In this document: one piece after another, positions 36,393-46,171 of the stretch | Position numbering within the stretch: position 1 is the stretch's first letter | Layout of the letters: every line of letters starts with the position of its first letter | From: a bacterium | GTDB taxonomy: Bacteria > Patescibacteriota > Patescibacteriia > JACQRZ01 | Length of the DNA: 49,122 nucleotides | Direction: 5' to 3' | Assembly: GCA_023246095.1 (NCBI GenBank) | Contig: JAHFJA010000006.1 | Location: 1 to 49,122 of the forward strand | The notes under the pieces: generated by a model | Told to the model about the DNA's origin: nothing | Seen by the model: the letters and a program-made list of their open reading frames with translations, nothing else | Database searches by the model: none | Translations under genes and position numbers: made by a program

Positions 36393-37904
36393 ATGATTCG
36401 TGTACGTCTTTGCCCTTCGCCCACTGGTCTTCTCCATATAGGAACTGCACGAGCAGCTCTCTTTAATGTTCTATTTGCGCGTCATAACAACGGTGAGGTG
36501 GTATTCCGTATGGAGGATACAGACAAAGAGCGCTCTACGAGAGAGTCTGAAAAAGACATTATTGATGGATTAAAATGGCTCGGGATTGCCTGGGATGAAG
36601 GAATGGAAATTGGAGGACCCCATGCGCCATATCGTCAAAGTGAACGCAATGACATATACACGCCGTATATTCAGAAACTTCTTGATCAGGGGAATGTGTA
36701 TCATTGTTTTTGTACGGCAGAGGCGCTGGATGAAGAACGGAAACAGGCGACAGAAGATAAGCGCCCATCTATTTACCCAGGAACATGCGCGAAATTGACT
36801 TCTGAAGAGGTGAAAGAGCGTTTAGATCGAAGTACCCCATCGACATTGAGGTTTCGCGTGGGTACAAAGGTTATCCAATTTCATGATCTGATCCGTGGTG
36901 ATGTTGAATTCGACACCGCACTTATTGGAGATATCATCATCGCGAAAGACATCAAAACACCCCTTTATCATCTGGCTGTCGTAATAGATGATCATGAAAT
37001 GGCTGTTACTCATGTGATTAGAGGAGAAGATCACATATCCAACACTCCAAAACAGATACTTCTCATTCAAGCGTTGGGGTTTGAAATCCCTGAGTATGCC
37101 CATCTTCCCCTCATTTTGAACGCGGACAAAACAAAAATGAGCAAACGAAAAAACAAGGTTTCTTTGAACGAATACCGTAGAGAAGGATATCTTCCCGAAG
37201 CTATTATCAATTTTTTAGGATTGTTGGGATGGAACCCCGGTACGGAACAAGAGATGTTTACGTTTGACGAACTGGTACAACAATTTACTATTGAACGGGT
37301 TCAAAAGTCAGGAGCGGTGTTCAATTTGGAAAAACTTCAATGGATCAATGCACAGTATATCCATGCCCTATCGCGTGAAGAACTAATGCGACGCACCATA
37401 CCGTTTTTGATCGATCAAGGATACTTGCAATCACCAAAAGGTGATATGATAGAGGCGCCTGAGTACATCATTACCAAATCAGGGGAGAGTATAGGACGAG
37501 ATACTCTTGCAGGATATATCGCCCTTGAACAAGAGCGCGCAAAAATATTGTCGGAAATCCCTCCTGCCATCGCATTTTGCTTTGCAAATGAACTTATGTA
37601 TAATCCTGCCTTGTTGTCATGGAAAGAGACTCCAGTGGATGGTACTCGCGATATGCTTGAGTGGGCGAACCTCATACTCAAAGATATTCCGGATGATTCC
37701 TTCACTGCGACAAAACTTGAAGAAGTACTGAAGGAAGCAATTTCGCAAAAAGAGCTAAAAAATGGTATGGTGTTGTGGCCATTACGCATTGCTCTAAGCG
37801 GTCAACAAAACAGTCCGGGACCGTTTGAGATCGCGCAGGCCCTTGGAAAAGAGAAAACGTTGCATCGAATAGAGCATGCGATAGCACTTCTTCCTTTGAA
37901 ATAA
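36393..37904 (+). CDS. gltX: Glutamate--tRNA ligase
   Basis: PSPTGLLHIG, THVIRGEDHISNT and KMSKR motifs. Confidence 0.98.
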   Translation: MIRVRLCPSPTGLLHIGTARAALFNVLFARHNNGEVVFRMEDTDKERSTRESEKDIIDGLKWLGIAWDEGMEIGGPHAPYRQSERNDIYTPYIQKLLDQGNVYHCFCTAEALDEERKQATEDKRPSIYPGTCAKLTSEEVKERLDRSTPSTLRFRVGTKVIQFHDLIRGDVEFDTALIGDIIIAKDIKTPLYHLAVVIDDHEMAVTHVIRGEDHISNTPKQILLIQALGFEIPEYAHLPLILNADKTKMSKRKNKVSLNEYRREGYLPEAIINFLGLLGWNPGTEQEMFTFDELVQQFTIERVQKSGAVFNLEKLQWINAQYIHALSREELMRRTIPFLIDQGYLQSPKGDMIEAPEYIITKSGESIGRDTLAGYIALEQERAKILSEIPPAIAFCFANELMYNPALLSWKETPVDGTRDMLEWANLILKDIPDDSFTATKLEEVLKEAISQKELKNGMVLWPLRIALSGQQNSPGPFEIAQALGKEKTLHRIEHAIALLPLK

Positions 37905-37920
37905 ACGAGTTTAAAGCCCC

Positions 37921-39132
37921 ATGCGTCACCGAGCCACTATAATTATAGTTACCCTTAGCCTTATAGCGCCTTTTTTGGTGCCCTATTTAGGATATGGTAT
38001 TGATAAACCAGTGACTGATGTGACGGTTTTGGAGTTGAATAATGAGATAAAAGATAAAAAAAGTAATATCTCTGATTTACGTAAGCGCATTGATATCTAT
38101 CAACAGAATATTGCAAACAAGCGCAATGAAGCATCAACTTTAGAAAATGACATGTCTATAGTTGAGGATGAAATTGAAAAAACAAACCTTGATTTGCAGG
38201 CGTCAGAACAAGAAATCGAACAATTAACACTTGAGATTAAGCAAACGGATCTTGAAATACAATCAAAAAGCGAAGAATTTGCAGTACTTAAGAGTCAGTT
38301 GGCGGAATTTGTCCGTCAAGTATATTCTGAAGATCAGAAAAATCTTCTAGAGATTTTACTGACAAACGATTCGCTCTCTGAATTTTTTGATCAAGTAAGA
38401 TATTTGGAAGAGTCAGAGGGGGAGTTGAATAAGACAATATCACGAATGAAAGTGTTGCAGGAAGAACTGAATGTCCAGAAAATGGGTCTCGAAAATAATA
38501 AAAAAAGGCAGGAAGAAATCCGAGATCAACTCGCTAAAGATCAAGACAGTTTGGAGGAACAACGGTCAGCTAAACAAGAACTGGTTGTTGAATCTATTCT
38601 TTCTGCTGAAAAATTTGAACAACTGTTGAATGATGCTCGGTCCGATCAAGCAAGTATTGATTCTGAAATTTCAAGTTTAGAACAGACGAAGCAGGAAAAA
38701 TTAAGAATTTTATCATCAAAGTCGGTAAGCTTTATTTGGCCAGTGGATCCATCACGAGGGATATCAACCTATTTTAGGGACCCTTCTTATCCATTCCGTC
38801 ACGTATTTGAGCATGCTGCAATCGATATTCGAGCATATCAGGGAACACCCATTAGGGCTGCTGAAGACGGGTATGTTGCGCGCACCTACATGAATGGTAT
38901 CCAATATGCATACATCATGATTTTACATGACAAGGGCTTAGCGACAGTGTACGGTCATCCGTCGGTAATCAGTGTTCGACAGGATACATATGTTAAAAAA
39001 GGGACGATAATAGGCTATACGGGCGGAATGCCAGGCAGTACCGGTTCAGGAAAATTTACCACAGGACCGCACTTACATTTTGAAGTGCGACAAAATGGTA
39101 TCCCCGTTGATCCTATAAAGTTTCTTCCATAG
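37921..39132 (+). CDS. Coiled-coil M23 peptidase (murein hydrolase, EnvC/CwlO-like architecture)
   Basis: Signal/TM segment, long coiled coil, HAAID, YGH and TGPHLHFEVR motifs. Confidence 0.92.
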   Translation: MRHRATIIIVTLSLIAPFLVPYLGYGIDKPVTDVTVLELNNEIKDKKSNISDLRKRIDIYQQNIANKRNEASTLENDMSIVEDEIEKTNLDLQASEQEIEQLTLEIKQTDLEIQSKSEEFAVLKSQLAEFVRQVYSEDQKNLLEILLTNDSLSEFFDQVRYLEESEGELNKTISRMKVLQEELNVQKMGLENNKKRQEEIRDQLAKDQDSLEEQRSAKQELVVESILSAEKFEQLLNDARSDQASIDSEISSLEQTKQEKLRILSSKSVSFIWPVDPSRGISTYFRDPSYPFRHVFEHAAIDIRAYQGTPIRAAEDGYVARTYMNGIQYAYIMILHDKGLATVYGHPSVISVRQDTYVKKGTIIGYTGGMPGSTGSGKFTTGPHLHFEVRQNGIPVDPIKFLP

Positions 39133-39136
39133 TACG

Positions 39137-39685
39137 TTAGCGTTTTCCATTGCATGTATTTTTTGCCCATAGACCTCGGTCATGGGCTTTTGCATTTAGT
39201 GCGTATTGTTTAAATTGTTCTTTGAAGCGAAAGTCAAATCGAGTATAGGCGTACGCATAACCACTACTGATCATGGATGCATTCACAAATGTTACGGGAG
39301 CAAAAGGCTTATCCTGAAGATATGCGTATCTCAAAAGGCGACCGTACTTATCGCGATTAGTACCCAAAGACTCATCCATCAAAGTGATCGCCTTGTTAAG
39401 AAGAAGGGAAGATAGATTTTGCGACGCTTCTTTTCCGAAACACTCAACTTTCTTTGTGGGGTGATGCAGTTCGGGAGTGTCGATACCAATCAAGCGGACA
39501 GTTTCAGTGGTTCTATCGAGTTTAACAACAAAAGTATCACCATCAACCACTCGTGTGACGACGGCTTTTTGTATGCGAGGCGGGGGAGTAGTAGGTTGCT
39601 CTGCGGCGTAAAGAGACAAGGTGGATATTGTGAGTGAAGAGAGTACGACAAAAACTAGGGAAGGGAAGGTCTTGACAAAATGCAT
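39137..39685 (-). CDS. Thermonuclease (SNase) family protein
   Basis: VVDGDT, VRLIGIDTPE, DKYGRLLRY and RGLW motifs. Confidence 0.93.
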   Translation of the reverse strand: MHFVKTFPSLVFVVLSSLTISTLSLYAAEQPTTPPPRIQKAVVTRVVDGDTFVVKLDRTTETVRLIGIDTPELHHPTKKVECFGKEASQNLSSLLLNKAITLMDESLGTNRDKYGRLLRYAYLQDKPFAPVTFVNASMISSGYAYAYTRFDFRFKEQFKQYALNAKAHDRGLWAKNTCNGKR

Positions 39686-39799
39686 AATAAGTGATATTTT
39701 GGCACCTAATGATCGCCGTTACTATTGTATTGTAACTCACGAATCAGAATTTAGCACATTTACATTAGGATATCCCTAAACAAGGGAAAAGGAGTCATC

Positions 39800-40780
39800 G
39801 TGGCTAAACTAAAATTTCTCGCAAGCATCTTCATTGTCCTCATGAGTTTTGCTTTATCGGGGTGTGTTATAAGACAAACAGCCCCCATAATTGCACCTTC
39901 TCCAGCATCCATTGTTCAAATGTCACCATCTCAATCTAGTGTTCCAATAATTATGAACATGATTGTGATAGACCCACTCAACACTGATCCAACAACATCA
40001 GATTTTGAGTTGATCAAAGGTGAATTAAGAACTCAGATTACCCCCGATGTTCTTAAAGCAGCTGGAGTTGACCTGGGAGCAAAGGAAGATATCGTTGATA
40101 ATATCAAAAATATGTGTGGTATTGATGAGTCTACCCCTGACAAGAAGGTCGTTCTTGTTATCAATCGATCTATGATTAACAATGGGGTGAAGGTATTTTA
40201 CGAAGGTCCTATGAATAAGTTCAATCTGAAGACCGCTACCGACTTTTCTCTTGAAGATCAATACGCAGCTATTCAGAAAGGAATGAATATATTTAGCAAT
40301 ATTACAGGACTTCCTGTTAGTATGGTTCACTCTAAAGAAGAAGCCAATATCGTTCTTGAAGCCCCCGCTGGTCTTGACAGACCTCGCAGCTCTCTCACTG
40401 GCGAAGTACATGGATCATTCCAAACAGAAACAGGAAGACTCAATGGCTTATGGGATGAGATCGGAGTTGATATGCGCCTATATGATGTTGAGCCATCTTC
40501 ATATATTGATTTTTCTTCTGTGAAAGATCCAGTACTTAAGGCCAGGATGGAGAAGGCAGTCAAAACAGTTGCGTGGACGTATTCTACTGTCCACGAATTA
40601 GGACACGCTTTCGGGTATCGCATACACAGTAGCAACCCTAAAAGTATCATGAGTGCTCAGCTGGATATTCGTATAAAATACGTTGATACTCCGGAGATAT
40701 TTACTGTGGGTTTTATCAATAGTGATACTAACAACGCTGCATACAAGGTTGCACGACTTCTGGTGGCAAAAGGAATGTAA
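39800..40780 (+). CDS. Lipoprotein, matrixin-like metalloprotease
   Basis: Lipobox LSGC, HELGHAFGYRIH, Met-turn SIM. SD AAGGAG before the GTG start. Confidence 0.8.
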   Translation: MAKLKFLASIFIVLMSFALSGCVIRQTAPIIAPSPASIVQMSPSQSSVPIIMNMIVIDPLNTDPTTSDFELIKGELRTQITPDVLKAAGVDLGAKEDIVDNIKNMCGIDESTPDKKVVLVINRSMINNGVKVFYEGPMNKFNLKTATDFSLEDQYAAIQKGMNIFSNITGLPVSMVHSKEEANIVLEAPAGLDRPRSSLTGEVHGSFQTETGRLNGLWDEIGVDMRLYDVEPSSYIDFSSVKDPVLKARMEKAVKTVAWTYSTVHELGHAFGYRIHSSNPKSIMSAQLDIRIKYVDTPEIFTVGFINSDTNNAAYKVARLLVAKGM

Positions 40781-40958
40781 TCAAATAAGAAAACCTTAGC
40801 AGGCTATTGCACTCGGAATGAGTACTCAATAGTAGCTAAGGTTTTTTGATATAGCAGATTCAGGGTATAATATTTTGCGACACATAATCTTGTGCGATTG
40901 ACACAGAAGAGAGGATATTGTATTCTCATCGGTAATATAGAGGTAAAGGAGGGAAACA

Positions 40959-41084
40959 GTGAAATCGAAAGATATCAAGGATTTATTCGAGTACATTTGC
41001 CGGTTAGCGAGATCATTCCTCAATGAGAATGAAAACATTCAGGATGAAGAGAAGGAGGATGAGAGTGGCACAACACAACCGTGA
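40959..41084 (+). CDS. 41-aa small protein (not in ORF track)
   Basis: TTGACA(40898)-17-TATTCT, SD AAGGAGG, GTG start, MKSKDIKDLFEYICRLARSFLNENENIQDEEKEDESGTTQP, downstream hairpin AGCGGG/CCCGCT with T-tract. Confidence 0.6.
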   Translation: MKSKDIKDLFEYICRLARSFLNENENIQDEEKEDESGTTQP

Positions 41085-41288
41085 ACACATATTCAAATAG
41101 AAAGCGGGAGGTACTAACGTACCAATACCCGCTATTTTTATATAACTAGATGCGTCGCTCAATATATCTTAAACGACGCCAAGGAGAGGGGCTTTGAACA
41201 AATATGTGATACATTGGTACCTTGACTCTGACAAGATAAGGGTCTATAGTTCAGCATAATCATAGATACAAATATTTAGGGGGGTAAT

Positions 41289-41417
41289 GTGAGAAGAGAG
41301 TTCTTTGTTGGAGCCGCTATGTTTTTTGCAGGTATCGGTTTCTCGGTGATTGATACTTTTAGTGGTGTGACCATTACACTGGCAGGTCTTTTTGGTATGT
41401 TTATGAACACCGAGTAA
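41289..41417 (+). CDS. 42-aa small membrane protein (not in ORF track)
   Basis: TTGACT(41222)-17-TATAGT, G-rich SD, GTG start, MRREFFVGAAMFFAGIGFSVIDTFSGVTITLAGLFGMFMNTE, hairpin plus T-tract at 41433-41464. Confidence 0.62.
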   Translation: MRREFFVGAAMFFAGIGFSVIDTFSGVTITLAGLFGMFMNTE

Positions 41418-41532
41418 AAATAATGATCGATTAAAAAAGGAGACATAAGTCCCCTTTTCTTTTTCCCTCACGATATCGCATGCGTCGCACAATAAATATC
41501 CCCTACTCTATCTTATTTACTCTACGCAATAT

Positions 41533-41751
41533 TTATTCGACGATGATCTCTTTAAGATACTCAACAAAATCCTTTGTTGACTGAATCTTTGCCTGTTCCC
41601 TTCCCGCAAGCTGTTGCCAGTCCTTTTGACTTGGCTCGGCAATGAGTTTTCGGCTATAAAAACGCTCAGTGATCTCATATTCACAAACCTGGTTTTCCGC
41701 GTGCTCGAGCATCTTTTTTGCCGCTTCTTTGTGTGCTTGGGTGAATGCCAT
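41533..41751 (-). CDS. Small helical hypothetical protein
   Basis: 72-aa ORF MAFTQAHKEAAKK...; TTGACA on the minus strand at 41804-41809. Confidence 0.6.
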   Translation of the reverse strand: MAFTQAHKEAAKKMLEHAENQVCEYEITERFYSRKLIAEPSQKDWQQLAGREQAKIQSTKDFVEYLKEIIVE

Positions 41752-41826
41752 AGTGGTTATCAATATGTAGTAATGGGTAAAGAATAAAAGATTTCCCGAG
41801 TTATGTCAATGATAATACAAATTCAA

Positions 41827-41847
41827 AGACCCTTCCATGAAGGGTCT
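41827..41847 (-). terminator. Terminator
   Basis: AGACCCTTC-cat-GAAGGGTCT. Confidence 0.65.
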
Positions 41848-41864
41848 GTTTAGAGGCTAAATAT

Positions 41865-42317
41865 TCAATTGCATTTGAACTGTTTATAGATTTTCAGGAC
41901 AATATCTATATCTGTTGTGTTTGGTGCACTGATCTCTAGTTCCTTGTCGAGGCTCATGACATAGAATATGTTATCAATTCCTGTTTTTGGCATTTTTACT
42001 CCTACTATACCAGCATCCATAAGGTCAATATACCCTAAATTAGCAAATTGCCTGGCGTGCTCCATTTTTCCGCTCAATATGTGAAAAACCTTGATATGTG
42101 GTGCGAGTTTTGCTAGCACGTATACAGATTTCCCTACCTGTATTGGTTGAAATTTGTCGATACTGCAGGTGTTTACTCTCTGGATTTGCTGTTGCAATTC
42201 CTTAGAGAGGCTCCCTAATTTAATATCATTATAGCCACCATCGTTTTCAGCTGCCCAACTAGGAAGGCATAAAGCAGTAACAGCAAGTGAAATGAACAAT
42301 TTTTTAAAAACTTTCAT
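41865..42317 (-). CDS. Secreted hypothetical protein
   Basis: Signal peptide MKVFKKLFISLAVTALCLPSWA, SD AAGGAG, TTGACA at 42383-42388 on the minus strand. Confidence 0.7.
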   Translation of the reverse strand: MKVFKKLFISLAVTALCLPSWAAENDGGYNDIKLGSLSKELQQQIQRVNTCSIDKFQPIQVGKSVYVLAKLAPHIKVFHILSGKMEHARQFANLGYIDLMDAGIVGVKMPKTGIDNIFYVMSLDKELEISAPNTTDIDIVLKIYKQFKCN

Positions 42318-42456
42318 TTTGTTTCTCCTTATTGAAACAAAAATAATCTATATGCAAGATATTAACGCAATAATGACTTTTTGTCAATCCTACTGTCTTG
42401 ATGCCGGAGAACAAACCTTTTAATTGATGGGGACTTTGTAGAAAATCTATAAACAA

Positions 42457-42499
42457 TAAAATAAAATACACCTTGTATAAAGAGGTGTATTTTTATTTC
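42457..42499 (-). terminator. Terminator after the DUF2207 gene
   Basis: AAAATACACCT...AGGTGTATTTT inverted repeat. Confidence 0.7.
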
Positions 42500-42510
42500 G
42501 CATTATAACA

Positions 42511-44283
42511 CTACCACCCTCCCCCACCTCCACCACCGCCTCCACCACCAGAGAAGCCACCCCCACTAGAACCTGATGAAGTCGTCACATGCGACCCAAT
42601 CTCAGAAGACATCGACGATATTTGTGTTGTCAGAGCGTCAAACGATGTAAATGCTTGCGTACCCACGTACCATGCGGGCGCATAATTTGCAGCAGGTACC
42701 GCGCCTATATCATTCATCTTGCTAATCCACCGTTTGGTCATATCGAAGGCAATCGCATATGGCAGCATTTCTTCAAAAAAGTTTTGTTTTTCATTCCATT
42801 GTTGACGATACTTTTCTACCGTTTCCATGAAGAGTTTGAAGCCTTTTATTTTCCATAGAACCTCAGCTCCTTTCAACGTTGGTCGCTTCATTACAAGGCC
42901 GAATAAAAACATGATGATTGCAGAGACAATCAAAGACAGCCCAAAAGTGGTTACAAGTCCGATCAGATAGTATCCGATAAATCCCATCACTACACTAACT
43001 CCGGCTAATATACCCGCCAACTTTTTTCCTTTTCCTGGATCAATATAGCCTAAATCAGTAAGATCTTGTTCTGCTATTTTTTGTATCTCCGGAACTTGTT
43101 TATAAAACGATAACTTCAAGCTATTGACGCTCACATCATCGCCGAGGTGGAATAATCCATTAACAAATGCACGTTCCGTTTTGCTGAGTGTGCGTTTCCA
43201 TTCAGATTCAGGACGTTTTTGTAGATTGAATTGGGCAGCACTCAAGAATGCCGCGGGTTTAGTTTCCTTGATGATCAAAACGTTGTGAATCGCCAAATCA
43301 ACGATCGCAGCAGTGATTCCCTGTTTATCAAGTTTCCCGTACGTCTGTAATAACCTCATCATCAAAGGTGAGAGCTTATCGGGCGCCTCATATTCGGCAA
43401 TGATTGTCTTATTGGATTTGGGATCCTTCCCGTATTTTCTCCAATAGAGGAAACAGACTATTAATACAGCGAGGGGCAGTAAAAATACCCCATAGTAAAG
43501 TAGTGCAAAGAATATCGCCTCAATCCCGACAAGCTTATCTTGACTTGAAGCCGTTGCGGAAGTAATGAGTCCTTTAGGGAAACTCATCGACACGGTCATG
43601 TCATGTTTTTGAGGAAACGTCTGTATTGATTCCAGTGTGAGAGTGTGATCATCTACCCATTGAGATGTCATCCATTCCTTCGGATCACCGTTCTTTCCTT
43701 GCGGGCCTGCATATGTGTATAACTGTATGTCTTTTTGAAAAAGATTTGATGGCAAGTGAATGGTCGCGTTGACATGGTCCATTTCTAATGTCCAAAAACC
43801 GCCAACAAGGTTCCAGTAGAGCTCGTCAAACTGTTTTTGGTCGCGCACCACTCTATCGACTGAATAATTGATAATATAGTGGTGTTCACCGGTGACAGTG
43901 GTATCGGCATCACCAATCTTCCATGTTACGGTACCATCTTTAGTACTTTGACTTTCGGAGTAGGGATATGTATTTCCCTGCTCATCGGTGATGTCGTTAA
44001 GGGTGACTGGTGTTGAGTACACATTCCCTTCTTTTGTTTTAACTCGTTCAGGTACAATGCGAAAAATTCCATGGCGATCGCTACATTGCCCGCAATCCGC
44101 CAATATGTCTTCCACAATATCCAATCCCCCATCCTGTTTAACAGTGATATCAGTTTTAAAGTCCTCAATATACCAATCAGTCGCATTGGGTCGTGGAGCA
44201 GCGAAGGTAGAACCACCAATGAATGTAAAACTCAAAACGGTCAGCACAACCCCCGTGCGTAATATATTCAAAAATAATTTCAT
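42511..44283 (-). CDS. DUF2207 membrane protein
   Basis: HGIFR, ELYWN, FEEMLPYAIAF and C-terminal GGGFSGGGGGGGGGGGW. Confidence 0.92.
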   Translation of the reverse strand: MKLFLNILRTGVVLTVLSFTFIGGSTFAAPRPNATDWYIEDFKTDITVKQDGGLDIVEDILADCGQCSDRHGIFRIVPERVKTKEGNVYSTPVTLNDITDEQGNTYPYSESQSTKDGTVTWKIGDADTTVTGEHHYIINYSVDRVVRDQKQFDELYWNLVGGFWTLEMDHVNATIHLPSNLFQKDIQLYTYAGPQGKNGDPKEWMTSQWVDDHTLTLESIQTFPQKHDMTVSMSFPKGLITSATASSQDKLVGIEAIFFALLYYGVFLLPLAVLIVCFLYWRKYGKDPKSNKTIIAEYEAPDKLSPLMMRLLQTYGKLDKQGITAAIVDLAIHNVLIIKETKPAAFLSAAQFNLQKRPESEWKRTLSKTERAFVNGLFHLGDDVSVNSLKLSFYKQVPEIQKIAEQDLTDLGYIDPGKGKKLAGILAGVSVVMGFIGYYLIGLVTTFGLSLIVSAIIMFLFGLVMKRPTLKGAEVLWKIKGFKLFMETVEKYRQQWNEKQNFFEEMLPYAIAFDMTKRWISKMNDIGAVPAANYAPAWYVGTQAFTSFDALTTQISSMSSEIGSHVTTSSGSSGGGFSGGGGGGGGGGGW

Positions 44284-44306
44284 ATTATAAACATCGTTAG
44301 GTACCC

Positions 44307-45014
44307 TTATGGTACCATAGATTTGATGGAAGCGACTTCTTCGGGGGTCAGATTACGCCATTGTCGCCTTCGTAGTCCTTCATGAGTAATACCTGCGCAT
44401 GAAAGTCGATCCAGCTTTTCTACGATGTACCCTTTGGATTCAAACATTTTTCTGATCTGTCTATTTCTTCCCTCTTTGAGAGTAATTCGTACGAAGCGAC
44501 GGTCTCTTGGCGAAATGTCTATCTCACAGCTGTGTGTCGTGACCCCGTCTATCTCGACACCCTTCGCAAGCGTTCGTCTATCTGGTTCGATGAGTGGGAT
44601 ATCAAGAATAGCCTCGTAAATTTTCTCCATGTGGTGTTTTGGATGAGTCAATTGATATGCAAAGTCACCATCATTGGTGAGAAATAACACGCCCGTTGTA
44701 TGTCTATCGAGTCGTCCTACAGGAAATATTCTTTCTCGGGATTTGATAATATCTAAAACAGTCGAACGATCTCGCTCGTCTGAAGCGGTGGTAATATATC
44801 CATCCGGTTTGTTGAGAAGGATATAAATTGGCTTTTGATTTCGTGGAATCTGGATTCGGGAACCATTCACTTCAATGTCTTCCGTACCTTCAACTTTTTG
44901 TCCCAATTGTGCAACGACACCGTTTACTTTTACGCGACCATTCTCAATAAGGCTATCGACGGCGCGCCGTGATGCTATCCCTGCTTTTGCCAGAAATGTA
45001 TTAAGTCGTTCCAT
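44307..45014 (-). CDS. RsuA/RluB-family pseudouridine synthase
   Basis: S4 domain, LNKP, VGRLD and EGRNRQIR motifs. Confidence 0.95.
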   Translation of the reverse strand: MERLNTFLAKAGIASRRAVDSLIENGRVKVNGVVAQLGQKVEGTEDIEVNGSRIQIPRNQKPIYILLNKPDGYITTASDERDRSTVLDIIKSRERIFPVGRLDRHTTGVLFLTNDGDFAYQLTHPKHHMEKIYEAILDIPLIEPDRRTLAKGVEIDGVTTHSCEIDISPRDRRFVRITLKEGRNRQIRKMFESKGYIVEKLDRLSCAGITHEGLRRRQWRNLTPEEVASIKSMVP

Positions 45015-45016
45015 AT

Positions 45017-46156
45017 TTAAAAAAGTAATTTCATTTCGCGTAAACGGCGAATATGTTGCATTTCTTTCCATTGTTGCCACGAGGAATCAATAAATGTCCC
45101 CATCTCTTTTTGAAAACGCTCAGTGCTGAACTTTAATGCATGTTGGCGGATGACTTGAGGATCAAACTTTTCTGGGTGAAAATTGAGGATTACGTTCGCA
45201 AGCGCCGGCCAGTCTTGATCATAAAAAAATGTGCCCGTGACTCCATCAACGATTGTTTCTAACGCACCTCCCGCTGCTAAGGCAATGGCCGGCCTGCCCG
45301 CGGCCGCTGCTTGAACTAATGTGATACCAAAATCTTCTTCTTGTGGGTGGATATATGCGATACAGTGACGATATAGTTCGATCTTTTCTTCATCGGGAAC
45401 CTTACCGACAAACTCAATATTTTTGTTCGCAAGTTTTTTAAGTTTTTTAAGCTCAGGTCCTTCTCCGAATATCTTTAATTTTATACCAAGACGGTTAAAT
45501 GTATCAACAATCAGATCAAACCGCTTATACGCGACCAGGCGGCCTCCTGCAAGGTAATAGTCCCCTATCTTGTCCGATATGGAATAATGCCCGACGTCAA
45601 CGGGAGGATAAATAATATCACTATCTCTTTTGTAATATTTTTTTATACGCTCCTGTACTGTTTTGGAATTTGCAATAAATTTGTCGACACGGTCGGCAGC
45701 TAATTGATCCCAAATCCGAAGATGGGTCAGCAAAAACGGTAAAAACGGTTTCAAAAATTTTCCTTGTTGCAGTCCACGAATATAACTGTGCGTATCCATC
45801 CAAAGATATCGTGTTGGGGTATGGCAATAGCACAGATGCAATGTTGTTGATCGAGTGATTATTCCCTTTGAAAATGCAGAACTACTTGAAAGTACTACAT
45901 CGTATTGACTGAGATCATAACTTTCAGTGGCGGTGGGCATAAGAGGTAAAAACCACTGATAATGTTTCGTTCCAAATGGAAATCTTTGCAAAAACGAAGG
46001 ACGTATACTCTTCTTATTAAAAAACTTCCCTAGTCTCTTTTCATCATAGACAAGGGTGTAGATAGGTGCTTCGGGGTACATATCATGAAAGGCTTTGAGA
46101 ACACGCTCTGCTCCGCCTTCCTGGGTCAGGTGGTCATGTACAAGGGCAATCTTCAT
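45017..46156 (-). CDS. GT4 glycosyltransferase
   Basis: GGAERV, YCHTPTRYLW and EEDFGI motifs. Confidence 0.93.
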   Translation of the reverse strand: MKIALVHDHLTQEGGAERVLKAFHDMYPEAPIYTLVYDEKRLGKFFNKKSIRPSFLQRFPFGTKHYQWFLPLMPTATESYDLSQYDVVLSSSSAFSKGIITRSTTLHLCYCHTPTRYLWMDTHSYIRGLQQGKFLKPFLPFLLTHLRIWDQLAADRVDKFIANSKTVQERIKKYYKRDSDIIYPPVDVGHYSISDKIGDYYLAGGRLVAYKRFDLIVDTFNRLGIKLKIFGEGPELKKLKKLANKNIEFVGKVPDEEKIELYRHCIAYIHPQEEDFGITLVQAAAAGRPAIALAAGGALETIVDGVTGTFFYDQDWPALANVILNFHPEKFDPQVIRQHALKFSTERFQKEMGTFIDSSWQQWKEMQHIRRLREMKLLF

Positions 46157-46171
46157 GCAGTTTTTCGTTCA

